From Arthrobacter phage Lakshmi: a stretch of 32,000 nucleotides of DNA. This document shows positions 1 to 9,588 of the stretch, piece after piece; position 1 is the first letter of the stretch; each line of letters begins with the position of its first letter. The stretch lies in sequence record OR159660.1; one strand, 5' to 3'. A program made the translations under genes and the position numbers. The notes under the pieces were generated by a model. That model did no database searches, was not told the DNA's origin, and saw only the letters and a program-made list of their open reading frames with translations.

Positions 1-342
1 GCAGAGCAGAACCAGCCGATCAGCGAGGTTCTCGACGAGGTACCCGCAATTTACCGGGTTCCGGCCTCCAAGGCCAGCCTCCACCAGAACCAGTTCCGCT
101 TCCAGCTCCCGGGCGAGGACAAGATCCGCTCGATCCCGAAGCTCAAGTTCCTCAAGCCTAAGATCGCGATGCAGGTTGAGGGCATGCCCGTTCAGGCCGC
201 GCTGCAGCTCCTGTTCTCCCTGTACGAACCCGGCCTGATTGACGAATTCGACGACATGGAACAGCTTGAAGGCGTTCTGCAGTCGTGGGCCAAGGCGTCC
301 GGAGTTTCACTGGGGGAATCGAAGCCCTCCTCGGATTCCTAA
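1..342 (+). CDS. Tail assembly chaperone, upstream frame (5' end truncated by window)
   Basis: Open frame 1 from base 1 to TAA at 340-342 (…SKASLHQNQFRFQLPGEDKIRSIPKLKFLKP…), directly upstream of an overlapping -1 frame ORF and the tape measure gene, the conserved siphovirus G/GT arrangement. Confidence 0.75.
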   Translation, partial: AEQNQPISEVLDEVPAIYRVPASKASLHQNQFRFQLPGEDKIRSIPKLKFLKPKIAMQVEGMPVQAALQLLFSLYEPGLIDEFDDMEQLEGVLQSWAKASGVSLGESKPSSDS

Positions 343-692
343 GGGAACACAGGGGGGCTGTCGAATACACCCTCCTCTCCCTCGGTAAAGACCTAGATCA
401 GCTCGGCACAGCGGACCTCGACTGGCACCAGTTATGGGTAATCATAACTAACTCTCCAGCGGGGTCCGCTCTGGCTGTATCTATGCACGGCGAGGCGTCC
501 TTGTGGGGAGTCACTGATCACCTGTTGGCGATCATCGCAGACACCCTCAATGATGCTAACTGGCAACGAGGCGGAGGCAAGGGCGCACAGCCGGAGCGTA
601 TCAAGCGTCCCGGCGTGAAAGACAAATCTCAATCGTTCGGTGCTGATCCGATTAAAATCAGTGAATTTAATGACTGGTGGGATGGAGACTAA
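285..692 (+). CDS. Tail assembly chaperone, -1 frame extension (T part), probably expressed by frameshift near 312-318
   Basis: ORF in the -1 frame relative to the upstream ORF, overlapping its 3' end and ending just before the tape measure gene. The overlap has G GGG GAA at 312-318. Confidence 0.7.
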   Translation: MGQGVRSFTGGIEALLGFLREHRGAVEYTLLSLGKDLDQLGTADLDWHQLWVIITNSPAGSALAVSMHGEASLWGVTDHLLAIIADTLNDANWQRGGGKGAQPERIKRPGVKDKSQSFGADPIKISEFNDWWDGD

Positions 693-697
693 ACCCT

Positions 698-3259
698 ATG
701 ACAGCAGTAGAGGTAGGCTCGGCGTATTTCTCGCTGCTGCCGTCGGTAAAGGGCCTCCAAGGTGCTATCGCCAAAGAAGTCTCCGGCGTGGACGGAAAGT
801 CTGCCGGTGACTCCATCGGTCGCAGCATGGGTGGCGGGATCTCGGGGGCACTAAAGGCCGTCGTGGGTCCCGCTCTCACACTGTTCGCCGGAGCACAAAT
901 CAAACAGTTCGCCACTGATGCGGTGGCGAGCTTCTCGGAGCTGGAGGACTCCACCGCAGCAGCCGGGGTCGTGTTCGGGTCGAACATGGACCAGATCATC
1001 AACCAGTCCAAAACGGCTGGCTCGACTCTCGGCCTGTCCTCGCAGCAGGTAATCAACGCGGCCAACACGTTCGGCACCTATGGCAAGTCGGCTGGTCTTG
1101 CGGGTGGCGATCTGGCGACCTTCTCCACCGACCTGACCTCGCTGGCCGGTGATATGGCATCATTCAAGGGCACCAGCACCGAACAGGCAATCGAGGCGGT
1201 GGGCGCGGCCCTCCGAGGCGAAACTGAACCGATCCGCGCTTATGGCGTTATGTTGGACGACGCTAGCCTGAAAGAGGAGGCTCTGGCCAAGGGCCTTATC
1301 ACCACCACCAAAGATGCGCTGACCCCGCAGAACAAGGTGCTGGCGGCACAGTCCCTGATCTTCAAGCAGACCAAAGATGCGCAGGGCGATTTTGCCCGTA
1401 CGTCCACCTCTACGGCCAACGTAGCCAAGACCCTTGCCGCCGAGTCCGAGAACCTGTCGGCCAAGGTCGGCGGATTCCTGGCCCCGGCCTTTACCGCAGT
1501 CCGGCTCAAGGCGCTGGACGGCGTGAGGGGAATCTCCGAAATCCTGGATAAGGTTTCGTTGTTCCAGCAGATGCTGAGTGACGGCGCGATCAACTCCGAC
1601 ATCGCGAAGGCCATGAATATCGATCCGAACTCCACGTTCGGTAAGATCTTCACCGAGGGTCTGGGTTCCGGCAGGGCCTTTTTCGGTGGACTCCGTGAGG
1701 GTGGCGAGGTCACATCAGCGGGAGTGGCGGGAGCATTCGAAACGGCGGGCGTCCGGATCAACGGGATTTGGGAGGACGCGCAAGGGTCGGGCCGAGCATT
1801 CTTCGACACCCTGATCAATGGTGGCGATGAAATCACCTCCTCCGGGATCGCCGGGTTCTTCGAGGGTCTGGGTATCGTCATACACGATACCTTCGGCACC
1901 CTCGTCTCGACCCTCGGGCCGATGTTCTCTGGACTCTTCACCACTCTGGGGCCGGTAATATCGGCTCTGGTCCCACAGGTCCTTACGCTGTTCACGAGCT
2001 TCTCGCCACTGGGGATGATCTTTCAAGCCCTGCTGCCGGTGTTGCCCGCACTGACGGGTGCGCTCGGTTCGCTCGGAGCTTCGGTCGGTACCACACTTGG
2101 TGGAATCCTCACGGCGATTATGCCAGTGCTGCAACAGCTCGCTACGGTCCTCGTGGACTCGCTGGGTACGCTGTTCGTCGCAATGGCTCCGGTCCTGATT
2201 TCGCTGTTCGCCCAGCTCGGGTCGTTCTTCCAAGCCCTGGCCCCGGTGATCATTCAGATCGTGACCGTAGTGGTGCAGCTCGTGGCCTCCCTGCTGTCGG
2301 CTCTGATGCCGGTAATCATGCAGTTGGTTGCAGCGGTAATGCCGATGGTGATCACGATCTTCGGCGCGGTGATCGAGGCTATATTGCCGCTGATCACGAT
2401 GATCCTCGGTCTGCTTATGCCGGTGATCCAAGCGCTGATGCCGATTGTGGTTACGGTGTTCTCGGTAATAGCCGATATCATTACCAACGTGATGCAAATC
2501 ATCATGGGCGTGATACAGGTTGTGACCGGGATCATTTCGGGCAACTGGGCGCAGGTCTGGTCCGGCATCCTGAACATCGTATCCGGCGTGTTCGGCACGA
2601 TCATGGCGGTAATCTCCGGCGCAATCCAGATCGTGATTTCGGTGATTGGCAACGGACTGAACGCGGTATTCGGGTTCTTCTCCTCGATCTTCTCGGGGGT
2701 CGTCAACTACGTAACCACCTCGTTTAATTCGATTGTCAATGGTGCGTCCGGCATGATCGGTGATCTGGTCGGGTTCTTCGGCGGTCTGATGGGTAAGATC
2801 ACCGGAGCGTTGGGCAATGTCGGTTCGGCGCTGTTCAGCATCGGTCGAAACATCATTCAGGGTCTGATCGACGGCATCGGGTCGATGATGGGTGCGATTG
2901 GCAATGCGATCGTCTCGCTGGTACCCGGTCCAATCGTCGGGGTGTTCAAGGACCTTTTGGGCATCCACTCTCCGTCCCGTGTGTTCTTCGGTTTCGGTGT
3001 CAACACCGTTGAAGGTTACATTGGCGGTCTGGATTCCATGAAGGACGATCTCACAGGGAGCATGCAAGCTCTGGTCTCCCTGCCGACTGTTCCCTCGTTC
3101 GCAATGCAAGGGTCCCGGGCTTCGTACGACGTGACCCAGGGTGAATACAAGGGCTACTCCGGACCGCTCATTGAGCAGAAGGTTTACCCATCAGAGAAGA
3201 TGTCCGAGCAGAACCTCGCGGACATCGCGGCAGGAAAGATTGTAGGTGCTCTCCCGTGA
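698..3259 (+). CDS. Tape measure protein
   Basis: Long ORF with alternating hydrophobic repeats, many Gly/Ile/Val-rich stretches and C-terminal LLGIHSPSRVFFGFG, which is typical of phage tape measures. ATG at 698 preferred over GTG 677. Confidence 0.95.
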   Translation: MTAVEVGSAYFSLLPSVKGLQGAIAKEVSGVDGKSAGDSIGRSMGGGISGALKAVVGPALTLFAGAQIKQFATDAVASFSELEDSTAAAGVVFGSNMDQIINQSKTAGSTLGLSSQQVINAANTFGTYGKSAGLAGGDLATFSTDLTSLAGDMASFKGTSTEQAIEAVGAALRGETEPIRAYGVMLDDASLKEEALAKGLITTTKDALTPQNKVLAAQSLIFKQTKDAQGDFARTSTSTANVAKTLAAESENLSAKVGGFLAPAFTAVRLKALDGVRGISEILDKVSLFQQMLSDGAINSDIAKAMNIDPNSTFGKIFTEGLGSGRAFFGGLREGGEVTSAGVAGAFETAGVRINGIWEDAQGSGRAFFDTLINGGDEITSSGIAGFFEGLGIVIHDTFGTLVSTLGPMFSGLFTTLGPVISALVPQVLTLFTSFSPLGMIFQALLPVLPALTGALGSLGASVGTTLGGILTAIMPVLQQLATVLVDSLGTLFVAMAPVLISLFAQLGSFFQALAPVIIQIVTVVVQLVASLLSALMPVIMQLVAAVMPMVITIFGAVIEAILPLITMILGLLMPVIQALMPIVVTVFSVIADIITNVMQIIMGVIQVVTGIISGNWAQVWSGILNIVSGVFGTIMAVISGAIQIVISVIGNGLNAVFGFFSSIFSGVVNYVTTSFNSIVNGASGMIGDLVGFFGGLMGKITGALGNVGSALFSIGRNIIQGLIDGIGSMMGAIGNAIVSLVPGPIVGVFKDLLGIHSPSRVFFGFGVNTVEGYIGGLDSMKDDLTGSMQALVSLPTVPSFAMQGSRASYDVTQGEYKGYSGPLIEQKVYPSEKMSEQNLADIAAGKIVGALP

Positions 3260-4128
3260 CGGATAACTCACTGGTTCTCCCATCGTTCGCGAGCCTCCAG
3301 CTCACTACTGGGGAGAACGTCCAGTGGGACCCGAACTCCCAGCTCTTCATGACTTCCATCAAGGGCTGGCACGGCTCCTCACCGATCCGGCGCGAAAAGT
3401 CGGATCGGTTGGGGGCGCACGGTTCACACTCGGAGCGGGGCTGGAAGGATGAACGCCTGATCACAATTCAGGGTTCGTTCTTCGGTCCCGCCCCTTGGGT
3501 GGCCGAGGAGAAGGTCGAGGAGCTGGCGGGGCTGTTTGGGGACGGCAACGCCGGGACATTCACCACAATCAACTCCCGGGGACAGCTCCGAACCGCCGAG
3601 GTCTACCTCGCGGGGGATGGGTTCGATCCGGTCTGGACCGGCCGTTCGCAGTTTACGTTCACTATCTTCCTGCTCGCACCGGACCCCCGCAAATACGGGA
3701 CCCCGGCAGTCTCCCCGGAGATTGGCGTCCCGACTGAGGGCGACGGCCTGAAAATGCCGCTGTTCACTCCGTCTGGGGTGTTGGACTTTGGGGTGGCGGG
3801 TAACCCCGGCACCACCTCGCTGACCAACACCGGCACCGCCGACACGGGCCAGATCTTCACGGTCAAGGGCACGTACGTTCCGGGGTTCACGATCACCGAG
3901 ACCAAGAGCGGGCGACGCCTAGTGTATACTGGAATCTTGCGGGCTGGACAAGAGCTGACCCTGAACTCCGATAACGGCGCGGTCCTGCTGGACGGCTACG
4001 CTCCCCGAGAGCTGGCGGTCTCCGAGTGGGTCCGGCTGGGACGCGGTGAATCCGGGGTTTGGCTCTTCGAATCTCCGGGTTCAGTCGGCGCTACGATGAA
4101 AGTTGAGGTCAGGCCCGCATGGTGGTAG
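3256..4128 (+). CDS. Distal tail / minor tail protein
   Basis: Starts with GTG overlapping the tape measure stop, and its position right after the tape measure matches Dit-like proteins. Confidence 0.7.
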   Translation: MTDNSLVLPSFASLQLTTGENVQWDPNSQLFMTSIKGWHGSSPIRREKSDRLGAHGSHSERGWKDERLITIQGSFFGPAPWVAEEKVEELAGLFGDGNAGTFTTINSRGQLRTAEVYLAGDGFDPVWTGRSQFTFTIFLLAPDPRKYGTPAVSPEIGVPTEGDGLKMPLFTPSGVLDFGVAGNPGTTSLTNTGTADTGQIFTVKGTYVPGFTITETKSGRRLVYTGILRAGQELTLNSDNGAVLLDGYAPRELAVSEWVRLGRGESGVWLFESPGSVGATMKVEVRPAWW

Positions 4129-5276
4129 ACGATTCGTTCCGGGTGTTCGTGGGGGACGTGAGGACAGGGCGCGTAAACGCCACCATCCCTACGTCGTCCT
4201 TCAAGTGGGGAATCCGACTGAACGCAGCGGGGCCAATCAACGCCACCATCCAGACGGCCTCCGAGGAGGCGAAGTTTCTGGATCTGCGCAACCTGACCCT
4301 GACCAAGAAGCAGTTCCTTGGGGTGGCGTACAACGACACCATCTTGGAATGCGGTCCGATCTGGAAGCGGGGGTTCAACCCCCGCACCTACCAGCTCACC
4401 CTACAGGCGCAGGGGCTATGGTCGATCTTCGACCGGCGAAAGAACGTACCCGGAGCCGCTCTCCGCGCAATCGGAGACCCGGCACGGGTCGAACCAGCCC
4501 TAGCCAAGTACAAGGTCCAGGGAAAGCATCTCGGGTCCATCGCACGGGAGATCGTCCGACGCTCCATACAGGACAACCCGTACGGCGGCGATCTGCCGGT
4601 GAGTCTGCCCGCAGATATCGCTGGGACTCACGAGCGGGAATACTTCGGGTACAACCTCGGGTGGATCGGCGACGACCTCCGGGAGCTGACCGGAGTCCAA
4701 GGCGGACCGGACCTCCGGTTCCGCCCAAGGTTTAAGGCGGGAGACCCGTCAAGGGTCGAATGGGTGCTGGAGCACGGAACGGTTGACATTCTGCAGCAGG
4801 TCGGCCCGGACTGGCGCTGGGACGCCTCGGTAGAGAAAACCCCGGTGGCCGAGTACGGTGTCGATCAGGACGGGTCCGAAATGGCCGACTTCGCGTGGGC
4901 ACCGGGTTCAGGACAGGAAGAGGCCATGCCGGTCCGAACTGCCCGGAATTTGAAGCTGCTGAACGCGGGCTACCCGTGGACCGAGACCGAGAACGGGAAC
5001 TCCCAAGAGGAGAATCCGGTGGTTCTGCAGGGGCTGGCCAACCGGACCATCTCGGACCGGGTGCTCCCGTGGGACGGCTGGTCAATGGTCGTCAAGGCTA
5101 ACGGCAACCCGAAGCTCGGGTCCTACCTCCCCGGCGACTGGGCCAAAGTCCGGACACCGAATAACCACCCGATCTTGCCGCCCAACCGGGACGCTAGGGT
5201 GAGGCTCCTGTCCATCGACGGGGACCACACCAACAACGTGTCAATGGGCGTGGCACCGATCCAAGGGAGCGTGTAA
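4119..5276 (+). CDS. Minor tail protein (tail hub-like)
   Basis: 385 aa ORF overlapping the previous gene; syntenic position second after the tape measure. Confidence 0.65.
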   Translation: MVVDDSFRVFVGDVRTGRVNATIPTSSFKWGIRLNAAGPINATIQTASEEAKFLDLRNLTLTKKQFLGVAYNDTILECGPIWKRGFNPRTYQLTLQAQGLWSIFDRRKNVPGAALRAIGDPARVEPALAKYKVQGKHLGSIAREIVRRSIQDNPYGGDLPVSLPADIAGTHEREYFGYNLGWIGDDLRELTGVQGGPDLRFRPRFKAGDPSRVEWVLEHGTVDILQQVGPDWRWDASVEKTPVAEYGVDQDGSEMADFAWAPGSGQEEAMPVRTARNLKLLNAGYPWTETENGNSQEENPVVLQGLANRTISDRVLPWDGWSMVVKANGNPKLGSYLPGDWAKVRTPNNHPILPPNRDARVRLLSIDGDHTNNVSMGVAPIQGSV

Positions 5277-6301
5277 TGACTGCGATTCCGGAAGAGCTGC
5301 CACCGGTCCTTGAACCGGAGATCGAGGCGGACGGCATTCCCCGGCGTACGATCGAGCCTGACCCGATCCTCCAGCTTCGGCGGATGATCACCGAGCTTAG
5401 CCAGAAGGTGGCCAAGCTTAGCAAGAACTCGGACTTGAGGAACAGCTCGATTTCGGGTGGCGAGGGCATGGTCGTCAAGGACGATGCAGGGGTAATTCGC
5501 CTCCGCATCTCCACCGAGGAGGCGGCGATCATCGCCTACAAGACGGACGGCTCCGAGTCGGCCCGTTATGGACTCCTGGCCCACTCCGACCCCGGGGAGT
5601 ACGGGATCGAGGCACTCACCGACTCTGGGTGGTCGCACGTCGGCGCGGGGGTGGCGGATTGGGCCACGCTGGATGGTAAACCCTCCACGTTCCCGCCGTC
5701 CTCCCACACCCACCCGGGAAGCCAGATCACCTCAGCAGTAGCCAACGCCACGGCGGCAGTTACCGCCACCTCAGCGACGACCGCGACCTCGGCCAACACG
5801 GCGGCTGCAGCGGCACTGGCTGAGGGGTCGAGCTACGCGTTCAATAACAACGTGAGCGGCTCCCAGTTCTACGCGGTTTGGGTCGGCAACGATGGTGGTT
5901 TCCACCTCGGTCGGAACACTTCATCGATCCGGTACAAGCAGAACGTCCGGGACGCGGGGGACCTCAGCCCGAAGATCATGTCTCTCCGGCCCGTCGTGTA
6001 CGACCGGAAGCCCTCGTACCGTCCGGTACTGTCCGTGGACGGCGAGCCAGCCGTAGGCCCCCAGTTGCGCACCGAAGGCGCTAAGAACGAATTCGGTATG
6101 ATCGCTGAGGAGGTGGCGGAGGTCTGGCCCGAGGTGGTGACCCACTTCGACGGCGAGATCGACGGCATCAGATACGACCTGATCGGACCCCGGCTGATCC
6201 CGTACGTACAGCACCTATTGGACACGGTGTCACAGCAGGATAAACTAATTAAAGATCTGGTCGCTAGGGTAGATCTTCTAGATGGAGGCGGCACCGCATG
6301 A
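5276..6301 (+). CDS. Minor tail / fibre protein with C-terminal intramolecular chaperone (peptidase S74-like) domain
   Basis: C-terminus SSIRYKQNVRD…LRPVVYDRK…NEFGMIAEEVAEVWPEVV…YDLIGPRLIPYVQHLLD… matches the S74 autoprocessing chaperone pattern. Confidence 0.8.
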   Translation: MTAIPEELPPVLEPEIEADGIPRRTIEPDPILQLRRMITELSQKVAKLSKNSDLRNSSISGGEGMVVKDDAGVIRLRISTEEAAIIAYKTDGSESARYGLLAHSDPGEYGIEALTDSGWSHVGAGVADWATLDGKPSTFPPSSHTHPGSQITSAVANATAAVTATSATTATSANTAAAAALAEGSSYAFNNNVSGSQFYAVWVGNDGGFHLGRNTSSIRYKQNVRDAGDLSPKIMSLRPVVYDRKPSYRPVLSVDGEPAVGPQLRTEGAKNEFGMIAEEVAEVWPEVVTHFDGEIDGIRYDLIGPRLIPYVQHLLDTVSQQDKLIKDLVARVDLLDGGGTA

Positions 6302-7374
6302 CACTTAAACGCGGTCTATTTGTTCCCCTAAATGGGGCAGTTGGCACCACGCCGATTGAAGCTAGGTTGGCCCTCGGGGGTCTGCTGGTCGAGAACGCAC
6401 CCGGGGTCCCCCGGTCGGGCGTGTTGGAGAACGCCAAGACCAACTTGGTGTACGGCTCCGGAGCGAGCCTGAGCGCGATCATCGACCCGTCCCACTACGT
6501 GGTCCACCGAACCCAGGGTGAGGGTCCGTACTCGTTCAGCAACGAGGGCACAACCACCGTTCCGCTGACTGCGGCTCCCGGCGCGAACTCCCGGATCGAC
6601 CTGATCTGGGTCAAGCAAAACGACATCGCCAAGGGCGACGCGGACAACCTCGCGGTGGTTGGCGTCGAAACTGGCACCGCTGCGGCGACCCCCTCCGCGC
6701 CTTACGGCACGGTACCGGCTGGGGCAATGGTTCTGGCCGAGGCACTGGTCACGACCGGTAACACGTTGGGCACTCAGGTATCCTTTACTCAGGTGTTCAA
6801 GTACACGGCCACCCGGGGTAGCGTAATCCGGGTTCGGGACCTTGCGGACCGTAACACGATCACCACTCCACACCTCGGCCAGTCAGTGATCCGGCTGGAC
6901 CGTAATAACCACGTGCAGACGTGGAACGGCACGGCTTGGCGTTACACTTCGGACCCGGAGCGCTACTACGCGGACCCGGCGACGTTCAACGTCACGGCCA
7001 ACACGGCGGACAAGGTGATCGGGATCGTTTCGGCGGCTCCGACCCGTAGCTACGCCACCCGAGTCCGGGTGAATGGCCGCTTGACGGTCTCGACCTCAGC
7101 CATTGGGTCCGGCTCCCTGCAGCTCCGGACATGTGTCTCGGCTGGTGTCGAACTCGTGGACGATGCCCAGTCCAAGTCGTTCGTTTCGTTCGGTCCCCCG
7201 GGTTCCTACTGGCTCACCGGCAATATGGAGACCGACTGGATTGATATCGGTGCCAATGTCTCCCCGCGTGCACGCATCTGGACTCAGGTGTTCTCCGGCG
7301 CGGTGGCTCACGCGGCTTCCAACGACCGCAAGCACAACCACCTCTGGTGCGAGGTGCTCCCAGCCAATGATTAA
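6298..7374 (+). CDS. Minor tail / receptor-binding-region protein
   Basis: 358 aa ORF with ATGA overlap to the previous tail gene; located between fibre-like and lysis genes. Confidence 0.55.
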   Translation: MTLKRGLFVPLNGAVGTTPIEARLALGGLLVENAPGVPRSGVLENAKTNLVYGSGASLSAIIDPSHYVVHRTQGEGPYSFSNEGTTTVPLTAAPGANSRIDLIWVKQNDIAKGDADNLAVVGVETGTAAATPSAPYGTVPAGAMVLAEALVTTGNTLGTQVSFTQVFKYTATRGSVIRVRDLADRNTITTPHLGQSVIRLDRNNHVQTWNGTAWRYTSDPERYYADPATFNVTANTADKVIGIVSAAPTRSYATRVRVNGRLTVSTSAIGSGSLQLRTCVSAGVELVDDAQSKSFVSFGPPGSYWLTGNMETDWIDIGANVSPRARIWTQVFSGAVAHAASNDRKHNHLWCEVLPAND

Positions 7375-7807
7375 GATCAACGGCGCACGCGGAGCAACGC
7401 TTCTGGGTTTCGGGGGTATGTCAGTTCTGTTCGGGCTGGCGTACCTGCCGACTCCTATTTCGATCATTCCTCCGATCCCGCTGGGGCTGGAGCTTCTGGA
7501 CCAACTGGTCCCGCTCAACTTCTGGGGTGGAATGTGGATGATCGTCGGGATTTATCTGTTGGTCTACGCCTTCCGGCAGGACCAGTCAAGGGCCTTGGCC
7601 CTGTTCGCGGGACTGTGCGCAGTCTGGGGGATTTCGTACAGCATCGCATTTGGGGTGGCCATTTACGAGCACGGGCATTCGAAGCTCTGGCTTGCAGCGG
7701 GCCTCTATTGGTCGTTCTTGGTGGCGTGTATTGGGGTCTCCCGGTTGGTTAACGCTCCGGTCCAGCGAATTAACGAGTTGATCGCTGAGATCGAAAAGGA
7801 GCACTAA
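7367..7807 (+). CDS. Multi-pass membrane protein (possible holin-associated)
   Basis: ATG 7367 (MIKINGARGATLLGFGG…); about four hydrophobic segments (…LLGFGGMSVLFGLAYL…, …FWGGMWMIVGIYLLVYAF…, …LALFAGLCAVWGISYSIAF…, …LYWSFLVACIGVS…). Confidence 0.6.
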   Translation: MIKINGARGATLLGFGGMSVLFGLAYLPTPISIIPPIPLGLELLDQLVPLNFWGGMWMIVGIYLLVYAFRQDQSRALALFAGLCAVWGISYSIAFGVAIYEHGHSKLWLAAGLYWSFLVACIGVSRLVNAPVQRINELIAEIEKEH

Positions 7808-7808
7808 A

Positions 7809-8099
7809 ATGACCGATCTCTCGGCACCGATCTTTGATGTAATAAAGACGGCGGTAACGGTGCTGGGGTCCGGAGCTGCAATGTGGCTGGTCGCCAAGCT
7901 GACTCGGAAGAGCCAGCAGGAGTCGAGTCAAATCAACCTGTTGACTAACCTGATCGACCAACTGCAGGAGGAGCGCAACGAGGCCAAGAAACAGGCCGCG
8001 CAAATCCCGATGTGGCGTCGATACGCTATGCGCCTCAGGGGCCAGATCCACCGCCTCAATGAAACCCCTGTCGAAGCAGAGGAAGGACTAGAGCTATGA
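7809..8099 (+). CDS. Small membrane protein, holin/lysis-accessory-like
   Basis: One N-terminal TM (VIKTAVTVLGSGAAMWLVA) followed by a coiled-coil-like charged segment; overlaps the endolysin start. Confidence 0.55.
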   Translation: MTDLSAPIFDVIKTAVTVLGSGAAMWLVAKLTRKSQQESSQINLLTNLIDQLQEERNEAKKQAAQIPMWRRYAMRLRGQIHRLNETPVEAEEGLEL

Positions 8100-8932
8100 C
8101 GTACGACCTGTTTGAGGGTCACACCTCGAATAACTTCACCCCCGGTGCTCTCGCGAATCAAGTGTGGGGCCAGGGACCTCGCCGGGTCGAATCGATTACG
8201 ATTCACTGGTGGGGCAACTACGGGCAGGAGTTCTGGTCCGTCGAGAACTTCCTGTGCGTGAACACCAAGCCGACCTCGGCGCACTTCGTGGTGCAGGAGG
8301 GGCTGGTGTCCTGCATTGTCAATCCCGATGATGCCGCATGGCACGCGGGTAACCCGTACGGCAACACCACCTCCATCGGGATCGAGTGCCGACCGGAGGC
8401 CACGGACGGGGATTACCAGACCATCGCGGAGTTGGTGGCGTATTTGCGCTCCATCTACGGCGACGTACCGCTCGTACACCACTACGAGTGGCAGTCCACC
8501 GCATGCCCGGGCACCTACGATCTCGCCCGGATCGACCGCCTCTCCCGGGGCGTTCATGTTGAACCCATCAAAGAAGGAGAACTGACCGTGGCTGAAATGG
8601 ACCGTGGTATTGCTTACATTCGCCAGTTGGCGTACACCGGCTGGGTGGACGATCAGGGCAAGAAGCACCCTGGCTTCATGCTCGTGATCGAGGAGAACCA
8701 GAAGCGGATCGACCAAATCCCCGCTGCGGTCGCCAAGGCCGTCTGGGACACTCCGATCAACCGGGGTACCGCCGAGAAGCCGGTCTACGTCCGGGCCTTG
8801 CAGGATCTGGCCAACAACGGCACCGACACTGCGAAGATCCTGAACCGTCCCGCCACTCAGGGTGGCGAGGTGAACACCGAAGCGATCGCCCAGTCCGTGT
8901 TCGATAAGGTGATTGCGTGGCTCAAGCGATGA
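8096..8932 (+). CDS. Endolysin, N-acetylmuramoyl-L-alanine amidase (amidase_2/PGRP-like)
   Basis: ITIHWWG…SAHFVVQEGLVSCIVNPDDAAWHAG…SIGIECRPEA…LVHHYEWQSTACPG: zinc ligands and fold pattern of amidase_2. Confidence 0.88.
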   Translation: MTYDLFEGHTSNNFTPGALANQVWGQGPRRVESITIHWWGNYGQEFWSVENFLCVNTKPTSAHFVVQEGLVSCIVNPDDAAWHAGNPYGNTTSIGIECRPEATDGDYQTIAELVAYLRSIYGDVPLVHHYEWQSTACPGTYDLARIDRLSRGVHVEPIKEGELTVAEMDRGIAYIRQLAYTGWVDDQGKKHPGFMLVIEENQKRIDQIPAAVAKAVWDTPINRGTAEKPVYVRALQDLANNGTDTAKILNRPATQGGEVNTEAIAQSVFDKVIAWLKR

Positions 8933-9432
8933 TCACTTTCAACGTAGACTGGTGGGCGGTCCTGCAGCTCATACTGTCGGCGGTCCTGCCGCTGGTGGTC
9001 GGGCTGATCACCACCCGGATGACTGCAGGGACCAAGAAATCGATCCTGCTGCTGGCCCTGTCGGTCCTGACTTCGTTCTTGACCCAGCTCCTGTCATGGT
9101 GGTTCGGTGGACACTCGGAGCCGTACGACCTGTTCTCGGCGCTCCTGTTGGCTCTGGCGACCTTCGTGATCGGCGTGGGTCTCCACGTGGGGGCCTACTC
9201 CTCCAAGAACGCGGACGGTACCTCCATTGCCTCCCGACTGGCAGACAAGGGAATCACGGCGGATACTCCGGACTTCGGTCCCACGTTCGCCGAGCAGTTC
9301 CCGTCCTTGCACGCGGTGACCGAGACGACCGCTCCGAATGTTGGCCTCCCGAAGAGTTATCTTCACTTGGAGGCCCAGCCGGGGGATCTGGCCGCTTTTG
9401 TCAACGCGCCGGGTCCCAAACATAAGGCGTAG
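8929..9432 (+). CDS. Holin-like membrane protein
   Basis: ATG 8929 overlapping the endolysin stop; three hydrophobic segments (LQLILSAVLPLVVGLIT, SILLLALSVLTSFLTQLLSWWF, LFSALLLALATFVIGVGLHVG). Confidence 0.65.
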   Translation: MITFNVDWWAVLQLILSAVLPLVVGLITTRMTAGTKKSILLLALSVLTSFLTQLLSWWFGGHSEPYDLFSALLLALATFVIGVGLHVGAYSSKNADGTSIASRLADKGITADTPDFGPTFAEQFPSLHAVTETTAPNVGLPKSYLHLEAQPGDLAAFVNAPGPKHKA

Positions 9433-9437
9433 TCCGC

Positions 9438-9467
9438 TTGCGTCGGTAGCAAGCCATACAGTAGACT
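9438..9467 (+). promoter_or_regulatory. Promoter with overlapping inverted motif (TTGCGT-N18-TAGACT)
   Basis: Directly read -35/-10-like pair with 18-bp spacing; the -35 overlaps TTGCGTCGGTAGCAA, one of a family of similar sites. Confidence 0.5.
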
Positions 9468-9511
9468 GGTGGTTTGGCACACGGCGTGGCTGGCGGTCCT
9501 CCTAGGGACTA

Positions 9512-9537
9512 GCCCCGGGGTAACTCCCGGGGCTTTT
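9512..9537 (+). terminator. Rho-independent terminator
   Basis: GCCCCGGG-GTAACT-CCCGGGGC followed by TTTT; perfect 8-bp GC stem. Confidence 0.85.
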
Positions 9538-9588
9538 CTCTTGACCTCCAGTTTTCCAGATAGACAACGAGTTAGGATCTCATACAAC

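Noticed and set aside
1715-3109. 464 aa minus-strand ORF inside the tape measure gene
   Set aside because: Repetitive His/Arg/Asp-rich reverse-strand translation of tape measure codon repeats; no RBS or independent support.
7103-7366. N-terminal extension of the membrane protein ORF
   Set aside because: Out-of-frame reading of the upstream tail gene; ATG 7367 gives a compact four-TM protein.
9541-9578. TTGACC directly after the late terminator as a second promoter
   Set aside because: The nearest -10-like TAGACA is only 14 bp away and TAGGAT is 26 bp away; it does not match the spacing of the other promoters.
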